Shown here in pieces: positions 1-14,519 of a stretch of DNA of 64,000 bases (the first letter of the stretch is position 1; each line of letters begins with the position of its first letter). The stretch comes from Catajapyx aquilonaris (taxonomy: Eukaryota): the NCBI GenBank assembly GCA_000934665.2, contig KZ538477.1, forward strand, positions 1 to 64,000. The letters run 5' to 3'. Below the pieces are notes generated by a model. The model searched no databases and was not told the DNA's origin. It saw nothing but the letters and a program-made list of their open reading frames with translations. The position numbers were made by a program, and so were the translations under genes.

Positions 1-3000
1 AATTTTAAAGAAATGCGATTACTCACTCCTTGCGATAATTGATTGCTAGCAAAAAGATTTCTTCCATGAATGATATCATGGCTCTGATGCAAAAAAAATT
101 CTGATTAATCTGCAAGTGCTCATTGCAGTTGTTGCCACCACTTCACTTCGTCAGTCTCTGACCACTTCATCAATCATCTTTTTGCTTCTCTTTTCTGCAT
201 CCACTCCGCTTGCGACATGACACATGAATCCTTCAGACCCTTAATGGGAACAGAGAGGCAGCGACACACGCGAAGAAGAAAAGGAAAAGAAAAAAAAAAT
301 TGGCGGAGAGAAGAAGAGAGCGTGAAATATAGCTCGAAGAGATTATTACGAAATGTTTTTAAAGCCGCACAAAAAAAAATATTTCTAATATAGGTTACGT
401 AACGTGTCAGTGGCGGCCTTCGTTTAGTCCATCATAATATGCATTTGACGCCTTTTTCCCTTGACATATTCATCAAAAAAATGTTGACGACCATCTTGGC
501 ATCAACCAGACAATTCTGCTTCAAAAATAATCTATCATATTAAAATCTTTTGTTGTGTGATACCGAGGCTTCCGATTGGCTCGCCGTATAGTGTTACCGC
601 GACTCTTCCGATTGGCCCCCGTTCTGCGCATGCGTAATGGGGAGGAAGTAGCGTCTCTGGTGGGTGGGAGGAGGAACTAGCAAATAAAAACATATTTGTG
701 TGTGTGTCGCCAGTATGTTATGTAGTTCAACTTACTTTTTGGTTGTTGGCCATATATTTTTTTAAATGAGCGCAACCGAGTGCGCAACACATTTAGCGTA
801 AATGGTTTCCAACACTAAGCCTTTTGCGATGTTGCCAAAGCTCTTGAATGAACCTGAGAGGCCCCTGAGGAGTAACGCTGTTGGCGGTACACTTGCGCGA
901 GTGTGGGTGCGCACTAGGTTGCGCTCGTTTAAAAAAAATTCATATGTAGTTCAACTCATTTCGACATTATTTTTGGGTTGTTGGCTATCCCTCGTGGAAT
1001 CCTAGAGGGAATAAATAAATAAGTAACAGCAACAACAAGTATAACAATTTCTGCTCTATAAAAATCGCATGAATCAGTAGTGTTGGACCACCCTGTGCCT
1101 TTTTTTTGGACATTTCCAATCAAGGTGGAGCAATTATGACTTCCAAGAAACTGTTTAATTTATCGGTTCAAAATGCCAGGCAGTACTACGCACACTTTTT
1201 TGATACCTTTACACAGAAGGATCTACAGCTGGGCCTATTCATAGAAGCGGCTTCTTAAAAATCGGTAGGGAAATAAACTGGGTGGGCCATTAATGACTTG
1301 CCGTGCCAGTCCATTAGTTCGAACCTGTCATTGTTACGCAACACTGCGGTTAATGGTTGCGTACAGAGGGATGGTGGTGGTGGAAGTCACCAAGAATAAA
1401 TCACGCACTGTTTCTTCTCAGAAAAGCAACAAACAAGTTCGGTTGGCTTATGGTGAACAATATTTCTGCTCAAGACAGCGCGTGTCATAATTATTGGAAA
1501 TAATAATCGTGACGCCTGCAGTGTATGCACCCGCACCCTTGTATCACGCATTGCCTAACAATCAGGCGTGGAATAGCCTTGGGCATTGCACCACCCTGTA
1601 TATAAGAAACACTTTTTTTGTGTAACCACAGATTAGTCTACAGTACGTCCCTTTTGTAAGTTACGTTGCTCGTTCAATGGTGTCGTTTCAGACGTTTGGA
1701 CACTTTGAAGGGTCGAGTCAATGCTTTTTTTTTTTNGGGGGGGGGGGGGTCTCCGGACTTTTTTGTCCTAGAAACGATTGCAATCAGCGACAAATGGACG
1801 CCTACTTGCTAGAAGCTTGATCGTTACAAAAAAACCGGATAAGAAATGTTGCTTTTTTTGCTGCCCAAGCTGTCGTTGCTCTGTGTGTACACACACAAAA
1901 AAGGCGTCGATAATGAATGCATCGGCATCTGGGCGTCGTCGATAATGGAAATGAACCATGTGCTGTTGTGATTACTGGACGTGTTAAACATGTCGCTTGT
2001 CACGGGTGCTTTGCGTGACGAACGTGTTGCCTATGAGGGAAGGTTGGGTCTAGTTCACGGTCTTAGAAGGAGAGGTCGGGAAACTCGCCGCCATTTTGCG
2101 TTCCGTTACTCATTCCCGCCGTGGCGCTGACTGGAGGTGGCCATGATGTGACCTGGATCGTGAACATCTCCATATTGCGGCCATCTTGGTATACGCTATC
2201 GGTAGCTAAGACCGTGATCGGTAGTAATCGGGAGGGGGGTCGCTGATAAACCTAGTAATCGGGAGGAGGGTCGCTATCGTCGCTATAGTTGTTATGGCGA
2301 ATGAACGACACGCACAGCGAGATTCCATTGTTTTACTAGCGCCGCTGCGGGAAGGAATAACGGATCGGCCTTTTCTATTGCGCTGGGATAGAAGTGTCCA
2401 TGGGCTGGTCTAGTTACTGTTTCCCCCTCCCATAATGGACCGTATTAATACAAGGCAGCTTTGGGAGATTAAATTAAAGTGCTCGTACGTATAGGGGGCT
2501 GGTTATTAGCAGTTTTTAATGCTGCAGGGAAAGGCCACTATGGCGAGAATGGATCGCAAAGTTCTCATGGGGATTCAGTTCATTCTGCTAACCACCAGAG
2601 GCGCTGCCTCCACCCATTGCGCAGGCGCAGAACGGTGGCCAATCGCGGTAACACTACACGGCGGACCAGCCTCGGTCATACAACGAAGTAGTGGTTTTAA
2701 ATCGCAAAGTCCTCATGGGGGCCATCGGCTCGTGGTGCCAACAGTACGACACCTCCTGCCACACTGTCCGTCACTATACAAAAAGGCTCTTGCTTTCATG
2801 TAGGTGCGGTCAAAAAAGCGGCTGGTTTTTTTTCCCTCTGCACACATTTTGGGGGGAACCGACTACACGCCTCAGCGCCCAAGAAACCAAGCGACTAAAC
2901 ATGTCCTCCCAACCACACCTCCTCTCTCTTGCTTTTCCCAGTTGCTGTATATACAGCACACCCCACCCGAAAAGCTGCAAACCTCCGACCTAATGTCCCA

Positions 3001-3389
3001 GGGGCATAACAGCTCGGCAAGCTTTAAAAGGGTTCGGGTCAACACAAGTGCTAAACCGACCGGAAGTTTTTTTTTCCCTCCTTCGTCTTCCAGTTCTCTG
3101 TCCCCTTTTCAGAGAAAACTAGTCGTCGACTTGGATTCGCTCTCAAGTTTCTCGCCTATTAGGACACGGCAGAAGTGACGTCAAGTAGTTGTCCCCAATC
3201 TTGGTCCTTGCAATAAACTATATAGCAGTGGTTTTTTCCCCTCTTTAAACTTGAGAGTGGATCATCATCGTCATCGTTGACAAGCAATCAATTCCTTACG
3301 AAACAGCAATATTTTATTATAGTTGACTCCGGATATAACAGCCACGGCTAATAATTAAAAAACCTCTTTAAGAACACACGTCATAAGGT

Positions 3390-3592
3390 AGCGAACTCGG
3401 TTCTGAGAGCCTGCCACTCCGCCGTCTGGCGTGGAGTTGCGAACTCACCCACTCACGTTACTACCGCTTTATGGCGTGGAAGTAGCGAACTCACCCACTG
3501 ACGTGACTACTACCGCTAGATGGTGTGGAAGTTGCGAAGTCACACCCTAACGTGAATACCTACCGCTAGATGGTGTGGGAATGGCGAACTGG
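3390..3592 (+). repeat. About 4 degenerate copies of a ~49-bp minisatellite unit (same family as 50933-51775, opposite orientation)
   Basis: Recurrent GCGAACTCACCCACT..ACGTGACTACTACCGCTAGATGGTGTGGAAGTT, which is the reverse complement of the unit at 51 kb. Confidence 0.85.
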
Positions 3593-3820
3593 CTGTACGC
3601 GTACTCACACACATCCGTGGCGGTGAAGCTAATATAAAGCGTGTAATAATAATTAAAAGGGCAAAATATCCCCATCTAATTCTGCTTAGATTTACGCTTA
3701 GTGGCATGATTCCTTGAGTGAGCTTTCGCGCTTCGTCCGCTAGATGGGGACGCGTCAGCTACGCCATCTGTTGAGTCTCGTGCGAACTTTTGGTCAAATA
3801 ATGATGTGAGAGACACGTAC

Positions 3821-4066
3821 CTGTAGTAGTCCGCCCTGCATGGCGAAAGCGACGTAGGCGTAGAGGAGGGAAGGGTGGTAGAGGTGGAAGCCCGGCAGGA
3901 GCGTGCGTCTGGCGTCGGCCAAGACGCAGGCGGCCACGGCGGCGAAGGCGGCCGAGGCCACGAACAGAACGGCGTTGCAGGCGTAGATCCAGAGGCGGTA
4001 GTAGCGCATGGCCCTCTGCAGCAGCCCTACCATCACCAGGGGGCACAGGCAGCGGAGCGGCTGCAT
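3821..4066 (-). CDS. Coding exon of a probable tetraspanin-type membrane protein (TM1, small loop, start of TM2); the exon may extend up to an acceptor at 4309-4310, and the gene continues off the left edge
   Basis: GC-rich ORF MQPLRCLCPLVMVGLLQRAMRYYRLWIYACNAVLFVASAAFAAVAACVLADARRTLLPGFHLYHPSLLYAYVAFAMQGGLLQ. It has a TM1-like segment containing an Asn and a second hydrophobic segment. It ends at a phase-0 donor CAG|GTACGT (GT at 3820-3819), and an upstream acceptor TTTGTTCCAG lies at 4309-4318. Start codon uncertain (4066, 4033 or 4009). Confidence 0.65.
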
Positions 4067-6877
4067 GCGGGCTGCACTGCTACTACTCTGCTGATTCTGC
4101 TGCTCACTGCCCTTATTTGCTTCTTCGCAACTACAACTCTTGCTGCTAAACACCACGCTGCTGATGGTGCTGATCTCCTCCTCCTCCTCCTCCTTACCTG
4201 CCCCCCCACCTCGGCTCCCTCCTCCCCCTCCTCCTCCTCCTCCTCCTCCTCCTCTTCCTCCTCCGTCGCCACTCTGACCACTAGAGTCCGACGATGCACC
4301 ACGCAAGCCTGGAACAAATAATATGCAATTGTCAATCATCATGTCTCCTAATCAGATTATTCTCTTCGTCGGATATTTGTCCGACCTGAAGGTGGCAGGA
4401 GTGTACAGATGGACTCAGCGCCATCTATGAGTGGCGAATACTATTGCGTGGTAAATCGGCGGGCCATCGCATAAAAAAGTTGTTTGATTGTCACTCTCCT
4501 TACAGGTTTTACCAAATTTTCGCAACGGGTTCGCTAATATGTAGAATTGGCTTTTTGTGAGCTCCCCTGGGTGGCTTAGTCTGTCGGAAATACCACCCGA
4601 AACGAAACCAGAGACGACCCGAGAACTCTGCACGAGATGAAGGGGGTATCCCCGTGGGCGCGTACGTTACCGCAGCGCCACTCCGTCTCCCCACTGCTAG
4701 TTACTGCTAAGCCGTTAGCAGTAACTAACAGTAGGACGAAAATTCCATGTGACTAATGGCGTGTGAATTTTCGGAAGTCGCTTAAATAGAATCGGAAATG
4801 TCTGATACGGGATCTGGCAAGAATCTCACAGGAATATCTTGATGGGTGGTACGAATAAAATGGGATGAAATATAGCGGTGCATGTCTAAGATGTCGGTTT
4901 CAGTTCTGCCCACAAATTACGGTAATTAAAGACCTTCCCCAGCCGATTGAGGTATCGCGTGTGGTGATTGGGGGGGGAGGTCGAACATATCGGGAACCTG
5001 ACAGAGGAAATCGGGAGGTGTGGGTCAAACGTCCGCTATCGAAATATCAACACGCTGCTGTCGGAACCAGAGGAATTCATGTCGGCCACACTTTTGAAAT
5101 CTCAGCAATTAGCATCGCTCTTTAAAGGCCTCTAATCCGCCTTTTGACAGCTCCTCAATTTTTATTGACATGCCGCAATCTCATCGATGAAACCGAACCG
5201 GTTCCGAAACCGGCCCACTAAGGACAGTGATGCCAATTACCCACGCAAAAATTAGCTGTTGTGCAAATTGGCTACAGTACAGTGCGGACGGTTGAAATTA
5301 CTGTAATTTTCGTTTATTACCTGGTAATTAATTGATTTCGCGGCCGGCGATTGGCATCCTGTCAGTATATAGCGATGTTAATAAGATAAGCAACGTGCTT
5401 CTCTTATAAGAAAATAATGAGTAATTAGCAATTTCTGTTTCTAATTTGAGTTGATACAACTTGGTCCAAGTCGCACTTACACGCGAGTAATTCCCCCCCC
5501 CCCCAAATATAAGCAGAATCCGTGTGCAATGTATAGATGAACCCCTTCCCAAAACATTACTCTTATTACTTATAAATTGCATTCCCTGCACACTGTAATT
5601 AAATTAGTTGATAATTGCGAGAGAATCTGAATAATAAAACATGCGGTAGTGCCACTTTAATCAAGGCTACATATTTTTGGTTCGGGTTTTTTTTTTCCTT
5701 CTTCCAACTAATAATTTTCTGCACGTGCATTTTTTTTACGTGGCTCGAAAAAAAAATTAGGAAGGCGAGTTAATTAAAAGGCTTGTAACATGACGATGCA
5801 AACTGACAAGGATAGGCAGGCAGGCAGGCCTTCAAACGCAGCTGCAATCGATACCAGCAAGCCAAGCAAGCAAAGGTAGGTCAGCAGCCCATAAACCCAG
5901 ATTTTGTGAAGTAGCCTCGTCTCCGGATGAAATATACGATGCTGAAATTGCAAGAAGAAGAAGGAGGGGGAAAAAAAATCGCAATACGGGCCCCGGGTTG
6001 ACACCTGCACAGATTTTTTTTGCTGCTGCTGTGCTACAAAAACTTTCATGGCCACATTCCTTGTTTGTTTTTTTGTTGAGGAAAAGACGGTGTCTTCCAG
6101 ATTGTAGCATATACGCCAACTGGTAGTGGCATATCGTACTACGTCCAAGTGTGGCCTAAATTTTTGGCAACAACCGCTACTAGTTATTTGTCTGAATCCT
6201 TGGCTACAGCTATAGTATTAAAGGGTCCTTCTTGTAATGCAGATTGGATGGCTTGTGAGGGGAAAATTACAAGCCTAATCAATGAGAGCCCAATACCTCC
6301 TCGAATGAATATCAAATCACTTTTCGGATCCATCGCGGTAATGAAGCCGATATTGCTTCTATTCCTCCAATATTATAAAAGCCCTTCAGTAATAATAATG
6401 TCGAATTGGGATGGGTTTGAATAAGGCGGGGCCGTAATTAAATGCAGCACTATTTGGCCCCCCCGCAAAATTTGGGTTGAAATCCTGCGGAAGAAATCGA
6501 TGGTTATCGAGCCGCATCCTTCTTCCGAAGTACGTATGCTGTGCACCAGTATTTCACTAAAGCGTAGTCCACAAATCTTTGCCATACTGTTTATTTTCCC
6601 GATCGGAAGCGATAAGTTTCCGTTAATTGCTCTGGATCCGCAATCACGCATCAACTAACCCATATCCTCCCCCGAGGCCACTAAAGAATAACGAGGATTA
6701 GGCAGGCCTGCAATTGATTGTAAATCGAGCTCAGGATAAATTACTCCGGGTGTTGCTGCTGGAGAGGGGGGGTGCATGTTGTAGTATCAGCCACCAATCA
6801 AGTGCAAACACCGCAACTGAGAAACTGTGGTGCATGAAGAGACAAGTATTTTGCATCAGCCAATTCCTGTTATTCTA

Positions 6878-7881
6878 CAGTGTGAAACCTCGATTCGTCG
6901 TTTGTTGCGGGAACTCTGAAAAACACGATGAATGCGGGAAAGCGATACATCCGGGAACGATAAATCGAGGTTTGCATCATAAAACGATGAATCTAGGTTT
7001 ACGTATACGGAGGAGATAAATCGAGGTTTAGATCCGGAAACGATAGATCGAGGTTTAGATCCGGAAATGATAGATCGAGGGTTACATAATATACGGAAAC
7101 AATAGATCGAGGTTTACATAATATGTACACGGAAACAATATATCCAAGCTTGCATAATATATACGGAAACAATTGATCCAGGTTTACATCTTTAAACGAT
7201 AGATCGGGGCCTACATCTGGAAATGATAATTGGGATTTATATCCGGAAACGATAGATCGAGGCTGATATCCGGAAACGATAGATTGAGGTTTACGTACGG
7301 AGACGATAAATCGAGGTTTATATCCGGAAACGATAGATCGAAACTTACGTACGGAAAGGATATATCGAGGTTCACATAATATACGGAAACGATAGATCGA
7401 GGTTTACATCACTTAAAACGATAGATCGAGGCCTACATCTGCAAATGATAATTGGGATTTATATCAGGAAACGATATATCGAGGCTGATATCCGGAAACG
7501 ATAGATTGAGGCCTACATCTGGAAACGAAAGATCGAGGTTTATATCCGGAAACGATAGATCGAAACTTACGTACGGTACGGAAAGGATATATCGAGGTTC
7601 ACATAATATACGGAAACGATAGATCGAGGTTTACATCTTAAAACGATAGATCGAGGTTTACATCTTAAAACGATAGATCGAGGCCTACATCTGCAAATGA
7701 TAATTGGGATTTATATCAGGAAACGATAGATCGAGGCTGATATCCGGAAACGATAAATCGAGGCCTACATCTGGAAACGAAAGATCGAGGTTTATATCCG
7801 GAAACGATAGATCGAAGCTTACATATCGGAATATTATAGATCGGAATTTACATCCGGAAGCGACAGATCGAGACTTCACTT
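6878..7881. mobile_element. Tc1/pogo-like MITE whose interior is a ~30-bp tandem array
   Basis: Left end TA|CAGTGTGAAACCTCGATT and right end ATCGAGACTTCACTT|TA form an imperfect TIR with TA flanks; the interior repeats ACGATAGATCGAGGTTTACATCCGGAA. Confidence 0.6.
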
Positions 7882-8495
7882 TAAGACACACACTACTTTA
7901 ATAAAAATGAAATAATGTGAATTTGAATCCGAGCAAATATTGGTCTCACTTTCCTATAACCTTGGAAAGCCTGTAGAGACGTCATTGGCTGGCAGACTTC
8001 ATTGTTATTTTTCTTCCAGCGAATTGTCTGATTGAGAGGCCAATTCTGTGCGAATATTCGGACTGCAGGTCAGGGCATCATTGTTGAAAGAGGGACTGGA
8101 GATTAAGCGGATGCGGGTCAGAAGCAAAAGCTCGGACTTGATAACAGTTTTTTTTATATAAAATAAAAGAGTAGGGAAGGTTTCCATTCAAAATGTGAAC
8201 AATGGAGAGTTGATCGATTGCATTTGGGTCTGAGAGAGGAAGTTCATGGTCTGAGGCACACTCAACATAAAGCAGACGGCTTTTTAAGCCTACAAGGACG
8301 CTGTAAATAATGAGAAGATGAAAAAAAGAGGGGGGGGGGGACGTTTAGCTCATCAACGCTGCTGCCATATTGACGGATTATTCTATAAAGCATTTAATGT
8401 ACGATGGAGACGGGGAAAACGATACATACGGGAAAAACGATACATCGAGGTTGATATCATGAAACGATATGTCGAAATTTCATTTGAATAGATGC

Positions 8496-8760
8496 ATCCA
8501 AACTGCCGAAACGGTCACAAAGGTAATGGTGTACAAAGTAATAGCCACACATGGCGTACCAGCTGAGATGTTGACAGACAAAGGAAAAAATTTCGCATCT
8601 AAACTCATGGATGAAATTTATAAACTATTAGGTGTGAATGCTTTGCAGACTTCAGCCTATCACCCAGCCGGAAACGGACTCGTAGAGCGTTTCAACAAAA
8701 CTCTTGTCGAAATGCTAAGTCATTATGTTGACAAATACCAACAAAACTGGGGTGCTTTAG
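8496..8760 (+). mobile_element. Retroviral-type (rve) integrase core fragment, relic of a Gypsy/Ty3 or Ginger element
   Basis: Translation QTAETVTKVMVYKVIATHGVPAEMLTDKGKNFASKLMDEIYKLLGVNALQTSAYHPAGNGLVERFNKTLVEMLSHYVDKYQQNW shows the second catalytic D (LTD.G.NF) and the YHP..NG..ER motif carrying the catalytic E; the first D is absent. Confidence 0.9.
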
Positions 8761-11700
8761 TAAATGAAACTACACAATATGTGAATTTGAATTACGAGCA
8801 AAAAAATAATGGTCACTTTTTTAATCATAATTTTTTTTACCAGACACAGCCAGTGAATGTGACTGTGTGGAGAATAATTAAATGAACTGAATAAATCTGC
8901 AGACTTTGGCCTCTGATTTGCTGTCCTGTGGGTTGCAGGTAAAGCACCCCCCGAATTGTTATCTGGCATAAAGGTGAGGAATTAAAGCGCGTTCACCCCT
9001 GGGAAATGTTGCCCAACCAAAATGGCTGCGCTTCAGCAATATTAATGCCCGGATTATCGGGGCCTCTCTCCTGCTCGGTTCTTAATTGCAATAGCGAGGA
9101 TCTACCTTCGGGGATGGGGGGGGGGGGGTACCTGGGCTCTATCAAGGCCTTAGGATAGTACAGTTCAGAGGAGGAAGCAGCCCACACCTTAAAACCTCCT
9201 TTCATTTTGAGCATAAACACGCAATTATGGGAATGGCTTGGTCCTAAGGTTCGCTTGAAAGGAGAGACTCTCGCGCACCACTTTATTAATATTAGCCACA
9301 GCACGGTGCGTGAATATATACTGTGCATATACCAGCAGCCAACATCTTCTGTCGCATTAAGTGCTTGAATAATTATTCGGCGGAAAAGCCGCTTGGCTTT
9401 TAGGATCAGAACTGAGAGAGTACTTAGAAATGAAGGAAAATGCGACGCAGTCTTTGGGATTAATATTGGGGAGATATGTCACTTTGGGGATGTTCAAAGA
9501 GTGGTTACAGTGATTGCGGTACTGCTGAAATAAAACAGATGATGAGGTGAAATACTTACGTCTGTAGGATTAAATGCACGCCTAACTTGGCAACACTGCC
9601 CCCACTTGGACGTCGTGCCATATGCCACTCACAGTTGGCGCAATTTCGTTAACAAAAATTTCCCACGTAGTTTCATAAGCCTCTCATAGATGGCGCATCC
9701 ACCCTGCACGCTACTGCCACTCAGAGTCGTGCGAGTGGCAGCGGTACTACCAGCTCGGACAAACATCAGACGGAAATTAGAAAGTAAGATGGCGTGAACT
9801 TACTACGAATTAATGACATTAACTTTTCAGGGTTCAACGATGCTTCAATTAAGCAGAAAATATTTTCAAACTGCCTTAATTAAAACAATAAGGACACGAA
9901 TAATCAGAGATCTTCGATCCATGTTCGGGAACCAAACGCCTATAAATTGTCTCTCACTATTATTGTCAGTTGGGCAATGGCTTGAAAGCAATAGTGTGTC
10001 AGGGAGGGGGTGTTTATTTGTAACTCGGGGGGACCTAACTTGGCGTCAAATTGATTTAGCAGTAATGAGAGTTTGGAAGGGAATTGCCACCAAAAGTTGT
10101 AACCGACGGTGACTGGAAATAACAGGGATATATATGCCGCCTTTCCACCCCCCAAACTGATGTAATTACTCCGCAAGAGAAGGTTTTGTCGATTGCGATA
10201 GGCGGCAATAATTAGGCTTTTTAGCACCGAAGCACTCGGAGAAAAGACTTTGCAGCAGCAGCAGACTAATGAATATTTCGCGAGGCCGCTAACCGAGTAA
10301 GGGGTTTTTTTTTTCTCGCCAACTCTTTTAATGCGCGAATCGAACTATATATTTTTTTTGCAGGATATTAAAAATCAAATTGCAACCTGAGAGAAAAGTT
10401 TCATACAGTGTAATACAGTACTGGGAATGTGAACGGATCTAATTATTCGCATTTTTTTGTATAGGGAAAGCATTTAAAACCATGTGTGGTTTATTATTAT
10501 TAGCGGCGTCATTATTCATCTGCCGAACCTGGAACTAACGACACTTGCATATCGACATACGCAATTATTCACACAGCCACTTCATCCCAGAGCAAGCTTC
10601 AGAAGCTTCTTAGAAGAATTACTAGTTTAAAAAAAGGAAAGGAATCCAGTGGCTTTATAATATAGTCCTGCGCCACATAAAAATGGAGGGTTTTTCTATA
10701 GTAATAAATTATATCAAAAATAATGTGGAGCTTGGAAAAATAGTCGCGACTATGAAATTTTTACAAGACAATTGTGGTACGTTTCATTTCAAAATCACTC
10801 GAGGCGAAACTGGACCGGTTCCTGAACCGGTTCCATTTTCTAATTGACAAATATTGGATATGGCGTCTCCCCCCCCCCCCCCCCCCTTTTNTGTTTTTTA
10901 GCGCAATTCAATTTCTGGTATACTGTACATTGGATTACAAAAATGCAATTACACCGTATGGTTTGGCACACGCTGTGTTCATATTTTAGACTCGCAGTGT
11001 GTAGTACACAGTGCTGCTGAAACAGTAGCTTTTGAAAATGTTGGCATAAAACCATGTCATCTGGAAACCACTCAATAATTTATGAACTTCCGCCGCCGCG
11101 CCGTAAAAACTGTTTTTGTATTAATTATTATACTGTATACATGTAGGTTACGCATATTATATGATGTTTCAGCATGGTGAGATATATTCTGCATTTACTT
11201 ACAGTACACCATTAGCCGTTACGTAATGATGTACTTGTCCTGGATGCAAATTTATAGAATGAGACATGTTATAGCTATAAGGTCCTTGGACCAGTTTTAT
11301 GAAGCACCTTGTAGAGGCAGGCAACATGCAATTGATTTTTGTCATCCGGATTGCTTCGGGCGTGATTTTATTGAGCTTGTACAGTACCATGCATGATGCT
11401 GCGAAGTGTGTGCCAGGATCACATAGGTGTGCAGCAGAATCCGTTGCCAAAATTTGGCGAAAACCTATAACAATCAGTTTAAATGAGATGGTCCGCCGAT
11501 TTACGGCGTAGTATTATTTTCGATGCACAGATGGCGCACCCTGCCTCCACACTCCTGCCACCGAATGTCCGTGCGAGAGATAGCGGTACTATCAGGTCGG
11601 ACAAACTGGTGGCGCCTCGAGCCGATGGCGGAAAATTGTGCCGCCACCAGCTGGTATACACGTATGTAATATGTTTGAGTGTGTATAATACACGGCAGTT

Positions 11701-14519
11701 GAGCCGTGAAAGGCGCCTTTGCTGCCCGATATTGGACTTGTACCGCTTTCGCCTGAGTTTATTTGAACATATGGTTTCTGTATTGTGCTTGGCTGGGATT
11801 TCATCCCAAAGGATTTACAGCTCAGAGACCCTCGCCTTATATACACCCCTGCTTCTTGCTCAAGAAGCATAGCCTCGCACATTTTTTTCCCCTCCTCCTT
11901 CACTTCTCCATCTTCTCAACTTGTTGTAGCCTCAAATTGGTTTTTCTGGGGTACCGCGGGACCCCCCCTTTCCCCAGTAGCAGGACAAGTGTACTTGGTG
12001 CCTTGGAGGAATTGGAGGGGGCCGTTTTCTGAAGCGGAGCGAAAACCCTATTATTGGTTAGGCGGATACAAATAAAACTCCGGACGCTCTCCAGCAGCAC
12101 TACTTGTGTTTGCCTCTCAGCAGGTCTTGGCTAACATCTCTTCGCACAGGGATATTATTCCCGGATCCTCCAGCCTGCCAACCGCACATTATACTGGGGG
12201 AGTTATATTCAGGCCGCGATGATGTGCAGTATAACCGCTGATTTACACCTCGGGCTCTAACTAACCAAGGAGATGATGTACTCACCAAATCCTGGGATGT
12301 TATTCAGTCCAGAAACCACCGGTATTGGTCCCTGGAGTGAACAATGCGATACTTACACGGATAAAATAATAGTTATCTAACATAACATAACCCAACCTAA
12401 CCCTTATCTAATCCTATCTTAGCTATACTATTAATACCCGACTGTTCCCACGACTCCTCCCGCACCGTACGATCTACAGCATTGTGAGTGGTGTCAAAAT
12501 TTAGCCCGTGTTTTCTATATTTGCAATAAACTTTTGATTTTTGGAAATAGTGTCCAGGGAATTTATAAAACGCAAAAAAAACGCCGACCGCCTCAAAAAA
12601 ATACCCGACCGCGACCTATCCACGGAATTCCCATTTCCGCCGTTCCGGGCGCGGGGCGCCACATACTGGGTCGCTACTCGCTTACTTCAGCACTTCACCG
12701 TCGGCTGTCGCTGCCTGGTCCGCGTCTCACTCTCCCTCCACTTTCGCAATTTAGCCTAATTTTTAGCCTAATTTTGACAAGTTGGTGCCCAGTCTTACAT
12801 AATATAAAGTAGAAAGTTTCTCCACATGTCTGTCAAGGCTATTTAACCAACTTTCAGCCTACTGTGAGTACTGAAATTTGGCACAATGATGTCTTACGCG
12901 CCGCTGATTCAAGGAAAAGTCCGAAAACTGCACTTTTTTTGAGTCTAAATGCCCAAAATTTAGGATTTTAAATATGAAGTTTGATATTCATCTGTGGAAA
13001 CGTCTGTCATTTATCAATCCCCCTAGTCATGTCCTAACCTAACCCGTAACCCTAACCCTAACCAACTCTGCATAAATTTTAGCATATTTGTCCAACAATG
13101 CACTTCAATATGTTGCGATTATTGCATTGTTGTTCTGTGCATGCGACGGACGACCCAGAGTGGTTTTTGGGTCAAAATTTCTCATATAATTGCGGCGTAA
13201 TATTTCAATGGCGACAGTGTCAATCTGGCCGAGTGGTGTCGACATATTGATGGGCGATGGGTAAGTACTTTTCAATCGGACAGGTCCCGAGTATTTGTTT
13301 TAACACACGCTGTATTAGCACACATGGTAATATAATTACGATTTTATGCCACATACTTTGATGAGTGATGTCTACTATAGGGTGATTCAGTGTTGGGTGC
13401 CAAAATTTTGACAGTATTTTGGCTCTCATGGTACTATAGACATGACTTTTTATACGAGCGCAACCGAGTGCGCATCCACACTTGCGCAAGTCCATTTTTT
13501 TCCGACAACAACGTTCTCAATGGACCAGAGGCAACACCCACTTAAAAACATAGGTTGAGTGCTCTATAAATAGGTTGACCGAAGCCTTATGGGACTCGGC
13601 AAGCGCGAGGCCCACCCCCATATCAAAGTTTACAGTTCAGCGTGTAACTATTGACATCTATTGCTGGACCGGTAATGAGGCCAAGGGTATATAATTAGTC
13701 GTGTATTTGGAGAGATTCGAATATCATGGGTTTCCCCTCTCACCCCCTCGACAGCGGAGATTCCATTTGGCTTTTTCCAAACGTCCCCTAAAAACCCGAA
13801 ATCGATCGTTGTTTCAATGGAACCTGAAATCGTTGTTGGAATCGATGGGAAAAGGAACAAAAAAAAATATGAGACACAGGGTGGTGCATTCCTTAATTTC
13901 CGCATCCGATATGAAGAATGTATTGATTGTTCTCTCCAGCAATATCTCATTATAAACTGGTTTGCTGGAGTGAACAATCCGCGATTGTTGCAGGTGGGCC
14001 ACCCTGTATACATTGCGTGTGCAATATCTTTGCCTTTATCTTATTGAACCCCGCATAATTCCGCCTTGATTGGTGGGTTTCGAGTGGTTCAGTGAAGTCA
14101 GGACCTTGAAAAAAAAAAGTATCGAGGTCTCGGCAGTAAGATCAGGAGGTCATCAAAGGTCATTACTAGTCTTACAATAGGAAATATAATGTACATGGAG
14201 AATGCGGCCAGGAAGGAAGGAAGGGCATTAAATAATAATATATTAGCAAAAGGGCTTTCAATCATCAGTATAACGAAAGGAAGGTATTGAGCCGAAACCG
14301 AAATAGAAAGCGGGTATGTTTTTTTGGGTGATTTATGCGGGTAACTATGGCGTGGAAAAGTTTCGCTGTAAATTTTGCAAGCGACACATCATTTTTTAAA
14401 TAACATGCCAGCAGCACTTGAGTTTTTTTCCACAATAATTTTTAGGAGAAACGTTCACACGCCGCTTATTGATATCAAGTCGTTTTCTATAAATCGATTT
14501 GAACTGTCACTTTTATTTA

